64,000 nt of DNA from Acidimicrobiia bacterium (GCA_021296415.1 JAGWAL010000001.1:16720-80719); one strand, 5' to 3'. Shown: positions 18,627 through 28,874, numbered from the stretch's first letter. The notes: generated by a model not told the origin, from the sequence alone. Program-made: numbers and translations.

Positions 18627-20638
18627 TTGTGGTGCTCCGCCGGGCCCGGCAGGTTCGCGGCGTAGGGCATCTCGGACTCGAGGCTCGGAAGATCCTCGTA
18701 GAAGCGCTCCTCCTCGCTCGCTGCCGGTGCCTCCTGGAACGGCTCGCCGCCCCCTCCGGGCGGCTGCCGGTCGCCCGCGGGCGCCTCCCGCGGCGCACCA
18801 TCCTCGGCGTCTCGAGCGGGGGACCGCAGTCCGCTTCCTGCTTCGCGACCCGTCGCGGGGTCGTCCCCGGCGGCGGCATCCGCGAGGAGTCCGGCCAGCC
18901 GCTCAGCCACAGCCGGCGACCAGTTCTCGGCGCGTAACTCGGCGCAGGCGAGTTGCACGTCCCCCAGGTTCCGGCCCAGACCGGCGTCGCCGGTGGTGCG
19001 CGCCGTCCGGGTGACCTCGTCGATCCAGCGGCCGGCCGCGTCGAAGACGAACCGCGCGATCACCGGTTGGGCATGGCCGGGTGGCTCGCACACGGACAGC
19101 CGCGCCAGCACAGCGGCGGCGTCGCCCGTGGCAACCTCGGTGAGATCGCGCAGCGGCGTGCCACCTGCCAGCAGTGCGAACAACCTGCCGTGCAGCTCGT
19201 GGGCGAAGAGATCCGCCCCGATCCAACCCGGCAACTCGCCGGGCGTGTGCATGCGCAGCAGCAGGATCTGCTCCTCGATGCTCGGTTCGGCCGGCAGCGC
19301 CTCGCGGGGGGCCGTGGCCGCTCGCCGCCGGTCGCCCGGGCGCCCGGCGCGCAGTTCTCCGACGGCGTCGCGCAGGCGGTCCGAGGGCAGACGGCAGCGG
19401 TCGGCCACCTCCATGAGGTACTGATCCCGCACGATGGCGCTGGGATGCTCGTCCACGACGGCGAGCGCCGAGTCCGCGGCACGCACCCTGCCCTCGGCGG
19501 TCCCCATGTTGCCCCTCGCCAGCGCCCGGTCGATCCGGTACGCCAGGAAGGGCCTGGCGCCGGACACGCGGCCGCGCAGATCCTCCGGATCGCCACGCGC
19601 CAGGTCGTCGGGATCCGATCCCGCCGGGAGATCCGCCACGTGGACGTCGAGGTGGTGCGTGCTCTCCCACTGGTAGATCCGCTCGGCTGCACTCGAGCCT
19701 GCCGCGTCGGCGTCGAATGCGAGCACGATGCGATCTGTGAATCGCCGCATCATCTTGACGTGGTCCTCGGTGAGAGAGGTGCCGCACGTGGCGACCGCCT
19801 GCGGGAGGTCGGCGGCGTGGAGCCCGATCACATCGGTGTAACCCTCGCACACGATCACCTCCCCGGCGCGCACGATGGCCTCCTTGGCCCAGTTCAAGCC
19901 GTAGAGCAGGCGGCTCTTGGCATACAGCGGCGACTCGGGGGTGTTCTTGTACTTGGGTCCGGAGGGTCCGTCCGCGCCCGGAAGGATCCGACCGCCGAAG
20001 CCCACCGGGTCACCCCGCACGTCGAAGACCGGGAACAGCACGCGGCCGCGGAAGTTGTCGATGAGGCCGCCCCGGGAGCTGACGACGGCGAGCCCGGCCT
20101 CGGTCAGGTCACTCTCGGTGGTCTTCGAGCGCAGCGCACGGGTCAGGGCATCCCAGCCTGTGGGCGCCCAGCCCACCTTGAAGGCCCGCACCTCGCTGCC
20201 ACCCATGCCCCGGGACCGCAGGTAGCCGCGGGCCGCTCCGGCATCGGGGTGACGCAGGAGGCGTTCGTGATACCACTCCACCGCCGCCGCCACCACTTCG
20301 ATCAGCTTCTTGCGCCGCCCACTCTGCGCCGCCTCCCCCTTGCTGTCATAGCGGAGGGTGATGCCGGCGCGCGCCGCCAGCATTTCCACGCTCGCCGCGA
20401 AGTCGAGGCCCTCGGTCTGGCGCACGAAGGTGATCGCATCGCCCGAGGCACGACACCCGAAGCAGTAGTAGAGACCCTCCTCGGCGTTCACCGAGAACGA
20501 AGGTGTCTTCTCGGTGTGGAACGGGCAGAGCCCCTGCCATCGCCGCCCCGCCTTGCGCAGGGCCACGGTCGCGCTGATGAGCTGCACGATGTCGGTCGCC
20601 TCGCGGACGCGGGCCACGTCGTCAGCGAGGATTCCCAA
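18623..20638 (-). CDS. dnaG: DNA primase
   Basis: The TTG at 20638 is preceded by GGAGG. The zinc finger is CPFHTEKTPSFSV..YYCFGC and the TOPRIM motif is VCEGYTDV. The C-terminal region is long and acidic. Confidence 0.9.
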   Translation of the reverse strand: MGILADDVARVREATDIVQLISATVALRKAGRRWQGLCPFHTEKTPSFSVNAEEGLYYCFGCRASGDAITFVRQTEGLDFAASVEMLAARAGITLRYDSKGEAAQSGRRKKLIEVVAAAVEWYHERLLRHPDAGAARGYLRSRGMGGSEVRAFKVGWAPTGWDALTRALRSKTTESDLTEAGLAVVSSRGGLIDNFRGRVLFPVFDVRGDPVGFGGRILPGADGPSGPKYKNTPESPLYAKSRLLYGLNWAKEAIVRAGEVIVCEGYTDVIGLHAADLPQAVATCGTSLTEDHVKMMRRFTDRIVLAFDADAAGSSAAERIYQWESTHHLDVHVADLPAGSDPDDLARGDPEDLRGRVSGARPFLAYRIDRALARGNMGTAEGRVRAADSALAVVDEHPSAIVRDQYLMEVADRCRLPSDRLRDAVGELRAGRPGDRRRAATAPREALPAEPSIEEQILLLRMHTPGELPGWIGADLFAHELHGRLFALLAGGTPLRDLTEVATGDAAAVLARLSVCEPPGHAQPVIARFVFDAAGRWIDEVTRTARTTGDAGLGRNLGDVQLACAELRAENWSPAVAERLAGLLADAAAGDDPATGREAGSGLRSPARDAEDGAPREAPAGDRQPPGGGGEPFQEAPAASEEERFYEDLPSLESEMPYAANLPGPAEHHK

Positions 20639-20887
20639 GCTCAGCCTCCGGGAACATGCAAGCCAGCGGCAATGACGGCCGTTGACGGCGGCAGGTCGGT
20701 CATGTTCGCAAGTTACCAGCCGACATTTTCGCCGGCGCAGGTATGCGGGCGGCGCCACCAGGACACACCACCCGCGAGGGCGCCGACGCCGGGGGCCAGC
20801 GTAGGCGTGCCACTTTCGGAGGCCGCCGGAGCGCCACCGGCGGCTGCGCCCGGACAGGAGCGGCGACGCCGGCGGCCGGCCGGCCGC

Positions 20888-22258
20888 TCAGCGAGCCAGC
20901 CGTTCGTCCAGGTATGCCACCAGGTCGTCGATCGCCAGGCGATCCTGGGACATCGAGTCGCGATCGCGCACCGTGACGGCGCCGTCCTCGAGCGTCTCGA
21001 AGTCGACGGTCACGCAGTACGGAGTACCCAGCTCATCCTGCCGGCGGTAGCGCCGCCCGATGGACTGAGTCACGTCGAAGTCCACCATCCAGTGCGGCGT
21101 GAGCTTGTCGAGGACGTCTCGCGCCCGGCGGATCAGGTGCTCCTTCTTGGAGAGAGGCAGCACTGCCACCTGGTAGGGGGCGAGACGGTGATGCAACCGC
21201 AACACCACGCGCGTCTCACCCCGCACCTCCTCGGTGTCGTATGCCGCCAGGAGGAAGGCCAACAGCGCACGGGTCGCGCCGGCCGCCGGCTCGATCACGT
21301 GCGGCACGTAGCGCTCCCCGGAGGCCTGGTCGAAGTACTCCAGCCGCTCGCCGGAGTGCTCCGCGTGACGACGCAGGTCGTAGTCCGTGCGGTTCGCCAC
21401 GCCCTCCAGCTCTCCCCAGCCCCAGGGGTAGCGGAACTCCACGTCGGAGGTGGCGCTCGAGTAGTGGCTGCGCTCGTCGGGCCCGTGCGGACGCAGTCGC
21501 AGCAGGTCGGAGCCGATACCGAGGCCGGCGTACCAGCGCAGGCGTTCGGCGCACCAGTACTCGTACCACTTCGACGCCTCGGCGGGCGGCACGAAGTACT
21601 CCAACTCCATCTGCTCGAACTCCCGGGTCCGGAAGATGAAGTTCCCCGGCGTGATCTCGTTGCGGAACGACTTGCCGATCTGCGCGATCCCGAACGGGGG
21701 ACGCAGCCGGCAGGCCCGTTGCACGTTGGCAAAGTTGACGAACATGCCCTGGGCCGTCTCGGGGCGCAGGTAGACCTCCGCGCCGCTGTCGACCACCGGC
21801 CCGGCGTGGGTGCGGAACATGAGGTTGAACCGCCGCGGCTCGCTGAGGCTCCCCGCCGAGTCGCACTCCGGGCACCGGTCCGGATCGTCGAGTTGGTCCT
21901 CACGGTGGCGATGCCCGCACTCCCGGCACTCCACCAGCGGGTCGGTGAAGCTCTCGAGATGGCCCGACGCCTCCCAGATCGCGGGCGGCGAGAGGATCGC
22001 GGCGTCGAGCCCGACGACATCGGGACGCATTTGCACCATGGAGCGCCACCAGGCGTCCTTGACGTTGCGCAGCAGCAGCACGCCGACCGGTCCGTAGTCG
22101 TACGTGGAGCGAAACCCGCCGTAGATCTCCGCCGACTGGAAGATGAAGCCGCGCCGCTTGCACAGGTTGATCACGGCGTCGAGCCGTTCGCCGGCCCGTT
22201 CGCCGGCCCTCGTCGATCCCTCGGCGGGCGCCACCTCGTCTAACTCTGCCGGGGCCAC
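20888..22258 (-). CDS. glyQS: Glycine--tRNA ligase (class II, homodimeric type)
   Basis: LCKRRGFIFQSAEIYGGFRSTYDYGP and the class II motifs are colinear over 456 aa. Confidence 0.9.
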   Translation of the reverse strand: MAPAELDEVAPAEGSTRAGERAGERLDAVINLCKRRGFIFQSAEIYGGFRSTYDYGPVGVLLLRNVKDAWWRSMVQMRPDVVGLDAAILSPPAIWEASGHLESFTDPLVECRECGHRHREDQLDDPDRCPECDSAGSLSEPRRFNLMFRTHAGPVVDSGAEVYLRPETAQGMFVNFANVQRACRLRPPFGIAQIGKSFRNEITPGNFIFRTREFEQMELEYFVPPAEASKWYEYWCAERLRWYAGLGIGSDLLRLRPHGPDERSHYSSATSDVEFRYPWGWGELEGVANRTDYDLRRHAEHSGERLEYFDQASGERYVPHVIEPAAGATRALLAFLLAAYDTEEVRGETRVVLRLHHRLAPYQVAVLPLSKKEHLIRRARDVLDKLTPHWMVDFDVTQSIGRRYRRQDELGTPYCVTVDFETLEDGAVTVRDRDSMSQDRLAIDDLVAYLDERLAR

Positions 22259-22267
22259 GCCCGCAGG

Positions 22268-23074
22268 CTACCGGTGGGTGTGCCGGGCGCTCCGGGGCGG
22301 AGCGGCGTCGCCCGGCGCACCGACGGTGCCGAGCAGCGGCGGAACCCGGAGACGCCGCTCGAGGTGCTGCTCCAGAACTGTCACTGCCAGTCGCTCCACG
22401 GCTCCGGTTGCGGTGGACGCCGGCCGCTCCAGTGCCGCCCCCAGCCGGCCCCCCAGGACTTCCCGCAGGATCGTCACCGTCTCGTCGTCGACCGCCACCG
22501 TCGCCGTGCCGGGCCGGCAGTCGCGGCAGGTGAGACCGCCGTGGGCCAGGTCGAGGGCCACGAGAGCGTCGCCGCGGCCGCAGTGCACGCACCCGGCGAC
22601 GTTCGGGGCCACGCCTTCGAGCTGTGCCAACCGCCACAGGAAGGCACCGACGCTGAGCGCCGACGGGTGCGTTCGCAGCGAGCCCAGACCTCGCAGCAAC
22701 CGGTCGTAGAGTTCGGGGGTCGGCGTGCGCTCCAGCGCCAGACGCTCGACGGCCTCCAACATGGCCATGGCCCGGCCGAGGAGCTCCAGATCGGCCCGCA
22801 GGGCTGCGAACTGCTCGATGTCGCCGGCGCTGTCGGCGCCGGTGATGGTGTCAAGCTCTCCCCGTCCCCGCCACAGGGCGATGTTGACGTGGCTCGCCGG
22901 CTCGAGGCGGGATCCGAAGCGGCTGCGGGTGCGACGCACCCCCTTCGCCACGCCGCGGATCTTCCCGTGCCCGTGTCCCAAAAGGACGACGATCCGGTCC
23001 GCCTCGCCCAGGCGATACGTCCGCAGCACCACCGCCCGATCACGGTACGGCCCGGTCCAGTCAGGCGCACTCAC
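22268..23074 (-). CDS. recO: DNA repair protein RecO
   Basis: The N-terminal OB fold is YRDRAVVLRTYRLGEADRIVVLL..HGKIRGVAKGVRR. A C-terminal Cys cluster is CVHCG...CRDC. Confidence 0.85.
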   Translation of the reverse strand: MSAPDWTGPYRDRAVVLRTYRLGEADRIVVLLGHGHGKIRGVAKGVRRTRSRFGSRLEPASHVNIALWRGRGELDTITGADSAGDIEQFAALRADLELLGRAMAMLEAVERLALERTPTPELYDRLLRGLGSLRTHPSALSVGAFLWRLAQLEGVAPNVAGCVHCGRGDALVALDLAHGGLTCRDCRPGTATVAVDDETVTILREVLGGRLGAALERPASTATGAVERLAVTVLEQHLERRLRVPPLLGTVGAPGDAAPPRSARHTHR

Positions 23075-23156
23075 GGCCCGCCCCGCTCACTGACTCCCCT
23101 CGCCCCTGACCTCTGCGGCGTGCACGTCGGAGCATCTCGACGACGCTTGCCGGCCC

Positions 23157-23894
23157 TCACTGGTCCAGTCCCCCGAAGCGGCGCTCGCGCCGCTGGTACT
23201 CGACGACGGCCTTTAGCAAGTGCCGTCGGCTGAAGTCGGGCCACAACACATCCAGGAACACCATCTCGCTGTAGGCCGACTGCCACAGCAGGAAGTTGGA
23301 CAGCCGGTACTCGCCCGATGTCCGGATGAGCAGATCAGGGTCGGGAATGTCGGGGCTGAAGAGGTTGGCGCCGACGGTGTCCTCGGTGATCTCCTCGGGC
23401 CGCGTCCCGGCGGCGACGATCCGGCGAACCGCCTCGGTGATCTCCGCCCGGCCACCGTAGTTGAAGGCCACCGTGAGCGTGAGGCGGCGATTGGCGGCCG
23501 TCAACTCGGCTGCGGCATCCATCTCCCGCAGCAGGCTCCGCGCCAGGCGCCGATCCCGCCCACCCACGAAGCGCAGCCGGACGCCGCGCTCGTGCATCTC
23601 GTCACGCCGGGCTCGCAGGGTGGCGCGGTTGAAGTCCAGCAGGAAGCGCACCTCCTCGAGGGGACGGCTCCAGTTCTCCGTCGAGAAGGCGTAGACGGTC
23701 AACCACTGCACGCCGATCTCCAATGCCCCGTCGACCGCGTCGAAAAGGGCGTCGAGGCCCGCCTCGTGTCCTGCGGTGCGCGGCAGGCCGCGCCGCTCCG
23801 CCCAGCGTCCGTTGCCGTCCATGACGCAGGCCACGTGCGCCGGCACGGCGGAGAGATCGATTTCGGGGAGGCTCATGGGATACCTGTGTGGCAA
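23157..23894 (-). CDS. uppS: Isoprenyl (undecaprenyl-type, Z) diphosphate synthase
   Basis: Motifs HVACVMDGNGRWA, YAFSTENWSRP and RTSGEYRLSNFLLWQ are canonical cis-prenyltransferase motifs. Confidence 0.9.
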   Translation of the reverse strand: MPHRYPMSLPEIDLSAVPAHVACVMDGNGRWAERRGLPRTAGHEAGLDALFDAVDGALEIGVQWLTVYAFSTENWSRPLEEVRFLLDFNRATLRARRDEMHERGVRLRFVGGRDRRLARSLLREMDAAAELTAANRRLTLTVAFNYGGRAEITEAVRRIVAAGTRPEEITEDTVGANLFSPDIPDPDLLIRTSGEYRLSNFLLWQSAYSEMVFLDVLWPDFSRRHLLKAVVEYQRRERRFGGLDQ

Positions 23895-23965
23895 CTCGGC
23901 ACGGCGCGGTTCGTCAACGCCATTTGTAGCAGTCTGCGTCCGCGTTCGGTTGCTACTCTCCGCGG

Positions 23966-25927
23966 GTGAGCCTTGCCGAGCGCAGCCTCGCTCTGCTCGA
24001 GATCGCGGTGGAGGCGCTCGCCGGCGCCGGGGAGCACCGCCGGGGCCAGGAGCAGATGACCGAGGCGGTGGCGAACGCCTTCGAGAGCGGGCGGCATCTC
24101 GCCGTCGCCGCCGGCACCGGAACGGGCAAGTCGCTGGCCTACCTCATCCCCGCGGTCCTGAGCGGCAGGACGGTCGTCGTGGCGACCGCCACGAAGGCGC
24201 TGCAGGACCAGCTGGCGACCAAGGAGTTGCCGTTCCTCGCGGCGCAGCGCGCCACGGGGCAGCTGCGCCCTCGAGGCCGGCCCTTCCGGTGGACGATCCT
24301 CAAGGGGCGCTCCAACTACCTCTGCCGCCAGCGCTTCGCCGAGGCCACGCGGACCGGCGTCCAGCTCTCGCTCGACACGGCCGTCACGGCGCCCGGTCCG
24401 TCCGGCGACGCCGAGGCACCGCCCGGCCGCGCCGAGCCGGCGGCGGGCAGCGGATCCGCGCCTCCCACGGGCGAACTCGGGCGACTCGTCGCCTGGGCCG
24501 ATCGCTCCCCCACCGGCGACCGGGCCGACGTGGAGTGGGTGCTGCCGCGGGGGCTCTGGGAGCGCCTCAGCGTCAGCGCCGCGCAATGTCCGGGCCGCAA
24601 CCGCTGCCCGCAGGGCGCCGGCTGCTTCGCCGAGGCGGCTCGGGAACGGGCCGAGCAGGCCGACATCGTCGTCGTCAACACGCACCTGCTGGTGCTCCAC
24701 CTGCTGGGGTTCGGGGTCCTGCCACACCATGACCTGGTGATCATCGACGAGGCGCACCAGTTCGAGGACACGGTCACGTCCATCGCGGGCGTCACGGTCG
24801 GCGAGCGCAAGCTGCGCGACGCCGCGCAGCAGGTCAATGCCGTAACGGCACAGGGGGGAGCGCCCCTGGCCGACTCCGGGCGCCGTCTCGCGGAGCTTCT
24901 CGAGGGCCACCGGGGCAGGCGCCTGCCGGCCGACGGCCCGCCGGAACTCGGCGAGGCGCTGGCGCTGGCGCAGAACCGTCTGGAGACCGCCGTTGCCGGA
25001 CTGCGCGACGCCCAGACCGCGGGCGACGACGCCGAGGCGCAGCGCCTGCGGGCGCTCGGGGAGGTGTCGGCGCTCAGCGCCGAGGTGGCCGTGCTGCTGA
25101 GTCCGCCCGAGGACACCGTGTCATTCGTGGAGGGCGGCCCCGGGGCGCCCGAACTGCGCCTCGCCCCGCTGGAGGTCGGCGGGCTGCTGCGCGAGCCGCT
25201 CTTCGGCGAGCGGACCGTCGTGATGACGTCGGCGACGCTGGGGAGCCTGGTGGCCGGCTCGCTGGGGCTGGAGCACGACGACTACAGCTACCTCGACGTG
25301 GGCAGCCCGTTCGACTACCCGCGGGCCGGCCTGCTCTACTGCGCCGCCCACCTGCCGCCCCGCAACTCCCCCGATTTCACCGCGGCGGCCATCGACGAGC
25401 TCGAAGCGCTCGTCAACGCGGCGCGGGGCCGCACGCTGGCCCTCTTCACCAGCCATCGCATGCTCGACGAGGCCGCCGACGCCCTCCGCCGCCGTCTGCG
25501 CTGGCCGCTGCTGCGCCAAGGCGACCTTCCGCCACTGCAACTGCTCGAGCGCTTCGCCGCCAGCGATGCCACCTGCCTCTTCGCCACCATCGGCTTCTGG
25601 CAGGGCGTGGACGTGCCCGGTCCGGCGCTCACGCTCGTGACCCTGGACCGGCTTCCCTTCCCCCGCCCGGACGATCCCCTGCTCAGCGCCCGGCGGGAGC
25701 ACATCGGCGACGACGCCTTCCGGCTCGTCGATCTCCGGCGAGCATCCATGCTGCTCGCACAGGGAGCGGGTCGCCTCATCCGCACGAGCGCCGACCGCGG
25801 TGTGGTGGCCGTGCTGGATCGCCGTCTCTTGACCGCTCGCTACCGGGCGGAGCTGCTGGAGCAGGTGCCTCCCCTGCGCCGCACCGTCGAGCGGTCGGAG
25901 GTACTGGAGTTTCTCGCCTCGCTCTGA
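23966..25927 (+). CDS. dinG: ATP-dependent DNA helicase, DinG/XPD-like
   Basis: Walker A is AAGTGTGKSLAY and the DEAH-type box is VIIDEAHQF. A four-Cys region (YLC...CPGRNRCPQGAGC) fits an Fe-S domain. A Helicase_C_2-like C-terminus is present. Confidence 0.8.
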   Translation: MSLAERSLALLEIAVEALAGAGEHRRGQEQMTEAVANAFESGRHLAVAAGTGTGKSLAYLIPAVLSGRTVVVATATKALQDQLATKELPFLAAQRATGQLRPRGRPFRWTILKGRSNYLCRQRFAEATRTGVQLSLDTAVTAPGPSGDAEAPPGRAEPAAGSGSAPPTGELGRLVAWADRSPTGDRADVEWVLPRGLWERLSVSAAQCPGRNRCPQGAGCFAEAARERAEQADIVVVNTHLLVLHLLGFGVLPHHDLVIIDEAHQFEDTVTSIAGVTVGERKLRDAAQQVNAVTAQGGAPLADSGRRLAELLEGHRGRRLPADGPPELGEALALAQNRLETAVAGLRDAQTAGDDAEAQRLRALGEVSALSAEVAVLLSPPEDTVSFVEGGPGAPELRLAPLEVGGLLREPLFGERTVVMTSATLGSLVAGSLGLEHDDYSYLDVGSPFDYPRAGLLYCAAHLPPRNSPDFTAAAIDELEALVNAARGRTLALFTSHRMLDEAADALRRRLRWPLLRQGDLPPLQLLERFAASDATCLFATIGFWQGVDVPGPALTLVTLDRLPFPRPDDPLLSARREHIGDDAFRLVDLRRASMLLAQGAGRLIRTSADRGVVAVLDRRLLTARYRAELLEQVPPLRRTVERSEVLEFLASL

Positions 25928-25959
25928 CGGCCGCCGCTCGGGGTGCGAGCGCGCCGGCC

Positions 25960-26814
25960 TCACTCGCAGTAGCGCTCGACGGCGGCGGGCCGGTCCTGCC
26001 AATTCGGGTCCACCGAGACATGCAACTCCAGGTAGGCACCCGGTGGCAGCTGCCGGCGCACCCGGGTGCCCACCTGCTTGAGGACCTTGCCGCGGTGGCC
26101 GATCACGATGCGTCGCTGTGAGGTCCGCTCGACAAGGATCTCGCAGCGGATGCGCGGCCACTCCCACTGCGTGACGCGCGTGGCGATGGCGTACGGCAAC
26201 TCGTCGCGCACGACCGCCAGGAGCTGCTCGCGCACCAGCTCCGCCACGGCCACGTCGTCGGGGATGGCGCTCACCATCCCTTCGGGGTAGTAGGGCGGTC
26301 CCGGGGGCATGCGCCCCAGGAGGTGATCCACGAACGCCTCGACACCCTCGCCCGTGCGCGCCGAGAGCGGGAAGTACGCCTCCGCCGACACCTGCGACAC
26401 TTTGGCGAGCTGCTCCAGGACCCGCGCCGGGGCCGCCGCGTCGATCTTGTTGACGACGACCACGCCGTCGGCCGGGAGCTTGCCGGCCACGAACCGGTCG
26501 CCGGGACCGAACGGAGCGGTCGCATCGACGATCAGGCAGGCCACGTCCACGTCGCGCAAGGCCTCGGCCGCGGTCGCATTCAGGCGGGCACCCAGCGCCG
26601 TGCGCGGCTTGCCGATGCCCGGCGTGTCCACGAAGACGACCTGGACGCCGTCCCGGTGCAGCACGCCGTGGACGGCGCGCCGGGTGGTCTGCGGCTTGTC
26701 GCTGACGATCGACACCTTCGTCCCGCACAACCAGTTCAGCAGCGTGGACTTGCCCACGTTCGGCCGCCCCACGAGCGTCACGAACCCCGACCGCAGCCCC
26801 CCCTCAGAACTCAC
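25960..26814 (-). CDS. era: GTPase Era
   Basis: Motifs are GRPNVGKSTLLN, DTPG and NKID, with a C-terminal KH domain. Confidence 0.9.
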   Translation of the reverse strand: MSSEGGLRSGFVTLVGRPNVGKSTLLNWLCGTKVSIVSDKPQTTRRAVHGVLHRDGVQVVFVDTPGIGKPRTALGARLNATAAEALRDVDVACLIVDATAPFGPGDRFVAGKLPADGVVVVNKIDAAAPARVLEQLAKVSQVSAEAYFPLSARTGEGVEAFVDHLLGRMPPGPPYYPEGMVSAIPDDVAVAELVREQLLAVVRDELPYAIATRVTQWEWPRIRCEILVERTSQRRIVIGHRGKVLKQVGTRVRRQLPPGAYLELHVSVDPNWQDRPAAVERYCE

Positions 26815-26820
26815 GCGACC

Positions 26821-26846
26821 ACCGAGGGAGGGGGCCCGGGGGGCCG
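26821..26846. repeat. GC-rich palindromic repeat, copy 1 (ACCGAGGGAGGGGGCCCGGGGGGCCG)
   Basis: Read directly. It lies in the intergenic gap between era and the CBS/CNNM gene. The core GGGGGCCCGGGGGG is self-complementary around GGGCCC. Confidence 0.5.
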
Positions 26847-26916
26847 CTTCGCGACGCCTTGCGCCCGCGCCGAAGGAGCGAACGGCACCCCGGCCCCCGA
26901 CCGGACACAGCAGACA

Positions 26917-26943
26917 ACCGAGGAAGGGGGCCCGGGGGGGCCG
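26917..26943. repeat. GC-rich palindromic repeat, copy 2 (ACCGAGGAAGGGGGCCCGGGGGGGCCG)
   Basis: This is a near-identical direct copy about 96 nt from copy 1, in the same intergenic gap. Confidence 0.5.
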
Positions 26944-26950
26944 GCCGGCA

Positions 26951-28201
26951 TCACGGCGGGCCGGCGTCGATGCCCGTGACCAGGACGCGGGCGATGCGCC
27001 GCCGCTGCACGCGCTCCACCAGGAAGCGATGCCCGTTCACGTCGAGACTCTCCCCCTCGGCGGGGACCCGTCCGAGCAGGGTGAAGATCAGTCCTCCGAC
27101 CGTGCTCCAGCGCCCCGAGGGCAACTCGGCATGCAGGACATCGGACAGGTCACTGAGAGGTACCCGGCCGCTCACCCGGAACGCCCCGTCCCCCGCCTCC
27201 TCCACGAGCGGGTACTCCACGTCGAACTCGTCGGTGATCTCCCCCACCATCTCCTCGAGCAGATCCTCCAGGGTCACGAGGCCCGCGGTGCCTCCGAACT
27301 CGTCGATCAGGATCACGAGATGCGAGCGCCCGCCCTGCATCTCCCGCAACAGTTCGGCGGTGCGCTTGGTGTCGGGGACGAAACCGATCTCGCGCATCAT
27401 CTCGCCGACCGTTCTGTCGTCGCCGCCGTCGCGCACCGCAGCGATCAGATCGCGCACGTGCACGAGTCCCACGATGTCGTCGATCCCCTCGCCGTAGACG
27501 GGGATGCGCGTCAGGCCGTTGAACAGCGCCACGTCGAGGGCCTCGGACACGCTGAAGGTTTGCTCGATCGCCACCATGTCGGTCCGCGGCACCATGACCT
27601 CGCGCGCGATCGTGTCGCCGAAGGAGATGACGGACTCGATGAGACGGTGCTCCTGCACCTCGATGCTCTCATCGGCGGCTGCCAGCTCGGCCACCGCCAG
27701 GAGTTCCTCCTCCGAGACCGCCTCCGGTTCGACCCGCTCGCTCTGACCGAACCACCCGGACAGGCGCGGCAGGCCCATCAACAGTCGCAGCGGCGTGAAC
27801 GCCACCACGATCCGCAGGATCGGGGCGACCAGCCGGGCGACGCGCTCGGGCCTGCGCATGGCCAATGACTTGGCGCCGATGCCCGTGGCCAGGTACAGCA
27901 CCACCAACTCGATCGCGAACGCCGCGCCCAGTGCGCCGGACCCCCAGCGGCGCTGCGCCAGGAACGCCACCAGGGTGGCGACGCCCAGGTGGCAGGCCAG
28001 GACCAACCCCAGCACCACCGCAAGCATCGGCCGGCGTCGCTCGAGGAGCCAGCTGAGAGGGCTGGCACCGCTGGGCTCCTCCTCGATCAGGACCCGGGCC
28101 TGGCTCTGGCGCAACCGGGTGAGGCTGGTCTCGGCGGCCGACAGCACCACGGCGCAGAGACTCAGGACCGCCACGGCCACGAGGGCCAGGATCTCCGTCA
28201 T
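26951..28201 (-). CDS. CNNM/DUF21 + CBS pair + CorC_HlyC membrane protein (hemolysin-family, TlyC/CorC-like)
   Basis: The ATG at 28201 gives MTEILALVAVAVLSLCAVVLSAAETSL, a DUF21-type N-terminus. CBS pair and transporter-associated C-terminal domains follow. Confidence 0.8.
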   Translation of the reverse strand: MTEILALVAVAVLSLCAVVLSAAETSLTRLRQSQARVLIEEEPSGASPLSWLLERRRPMLAVVLGLVLACHLGVATLVAFLAQRRWGSGALGAAFAIELVVLYLATGIGAKSLAMRRPERVARLVAPILRIVVAFTPLRLLMGLPRLSGWFGQSERVEPEAVSEEELLAVAELAAADESIEVQEHRLIESVISFGDTIAREVMVPRTDMVAIEQTFSVSEALDVALFNGLTRIPVYGEGIDDIVGLVHVRDLIAAVRDGGDDRTVGEMMREIGFVPDTKRTAELLREMQGGRSHLVILIDEFGGTAGLVTLEDLLEEMVGEITDEFDVEYPLVEEAGDGAFRVSGRVPLSDLSDVLHAELPSGRWSTVGGLIFTLLGRVPAEGESLDVNGHRFLVERVQRRRIARVLVTGIDAGPP

Positions 28202-28259
28202 TGCTCGGCCCGGCCGGGCGAGCGCGGCCGGGCCGGAGGGCGCGACGCCGGTGGCTCGT

Positions 28260-28874
28260 TCACACCCGGTCGTGGAGGGCCAGCAGCGCCCTGGTGCGCC
28301 GATCCATGCGGCGAGACTCGATGCGGCCCGCATGGTCGTGGCCCAGCAGGTGCAGCACGCCGTGCACGACGAGCAGCGCCAACTCGGCCACCAGCGGCCG
28401 TCCCACCTCGCCCGCCTGCCGGGCCGCCACCGAGGGGCACACCACGACGTCGCCGATCAGCAACGGCAACAACCCGCCGTCGTTCCGGCGGCCCGCCCGT
28501 CGCCGCGACCCATCCACGGGGAATGCGAGGACATCGGTCGGATGGGGGCTGTCGAGCCAGGCCCCCGCCAACTCCGCCATGTCGGGCTCGTCGACGAACG
28601 TCAGTCCCATTTCGGCGGGACGCCGGACCCCTTCGGTGTGGGCGGCGACCGCCGCCAGGCGACCCCAGCGGTCGAGATCCAGAACGGTCGGCGTGCCGCA
28701 GTCCGGCGCGGCGCTGGCGCCGGCGCGCTCGTCGCGCACGTCCACGGTCACCGGACCGTGCGTGACCCGCCGGCATCCTCGCGGCGATCCGAGCCGCTCC
28801 CCGGCCTCGGCCCTGCCGGCCGGAGGTCGCCGTTCCCTGTGACTCAGCGGGTCTGCGGACCCGTCGGCGCTCAC
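28260..28874 (-). CDS. ybeY: rRNA maturation endoribonuclease YbeY
   Basis: The zinc motif is HGVLHLLGHDH. The GTG start overlaps the phoH stop (GTGA at 28871-28874). The N-terminus is longer than typical, so a later start is possible. Confidence 0.8.
   Translation of the reverse strand: MSADGSADPLSHRERRPPAGRAEAGERLGSPRGCRRVTHGPVTVDVRDERAGASAAPDCGTPTVLDLDRWGRLAAVAAHTEGVRRPAEMGLTFVDEPDMAELAGAWLDSPHPTDVLAFPVDGSRRRAGRRNDGGLLPLLIGDVVVCPSVAARQAGEVGRPLVAELALLVVHGVLHLLGHDHAGRIESRRMDRRTRALLALHDRV

Noticed and set aside
25928-25959. A short GC-rich dyad (GCTCG-GGGTG-CGAGC core) between the convergent dinG-like and era genes, as a possible bidirectional terminator
   Set aside because: The stem is only about 6 bp and no T/U tract is present on either strand. 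This is too weak to annotate.
26323-26979. The track ORF whose translation repeats TTEGGGPGG / TTEEGGPGG
   Set aside because: The apparent peptide repeat simply reflects the two intergenic GC-rich palindromic DNA repeats. The ORF is antisense to era and has no coding signature.
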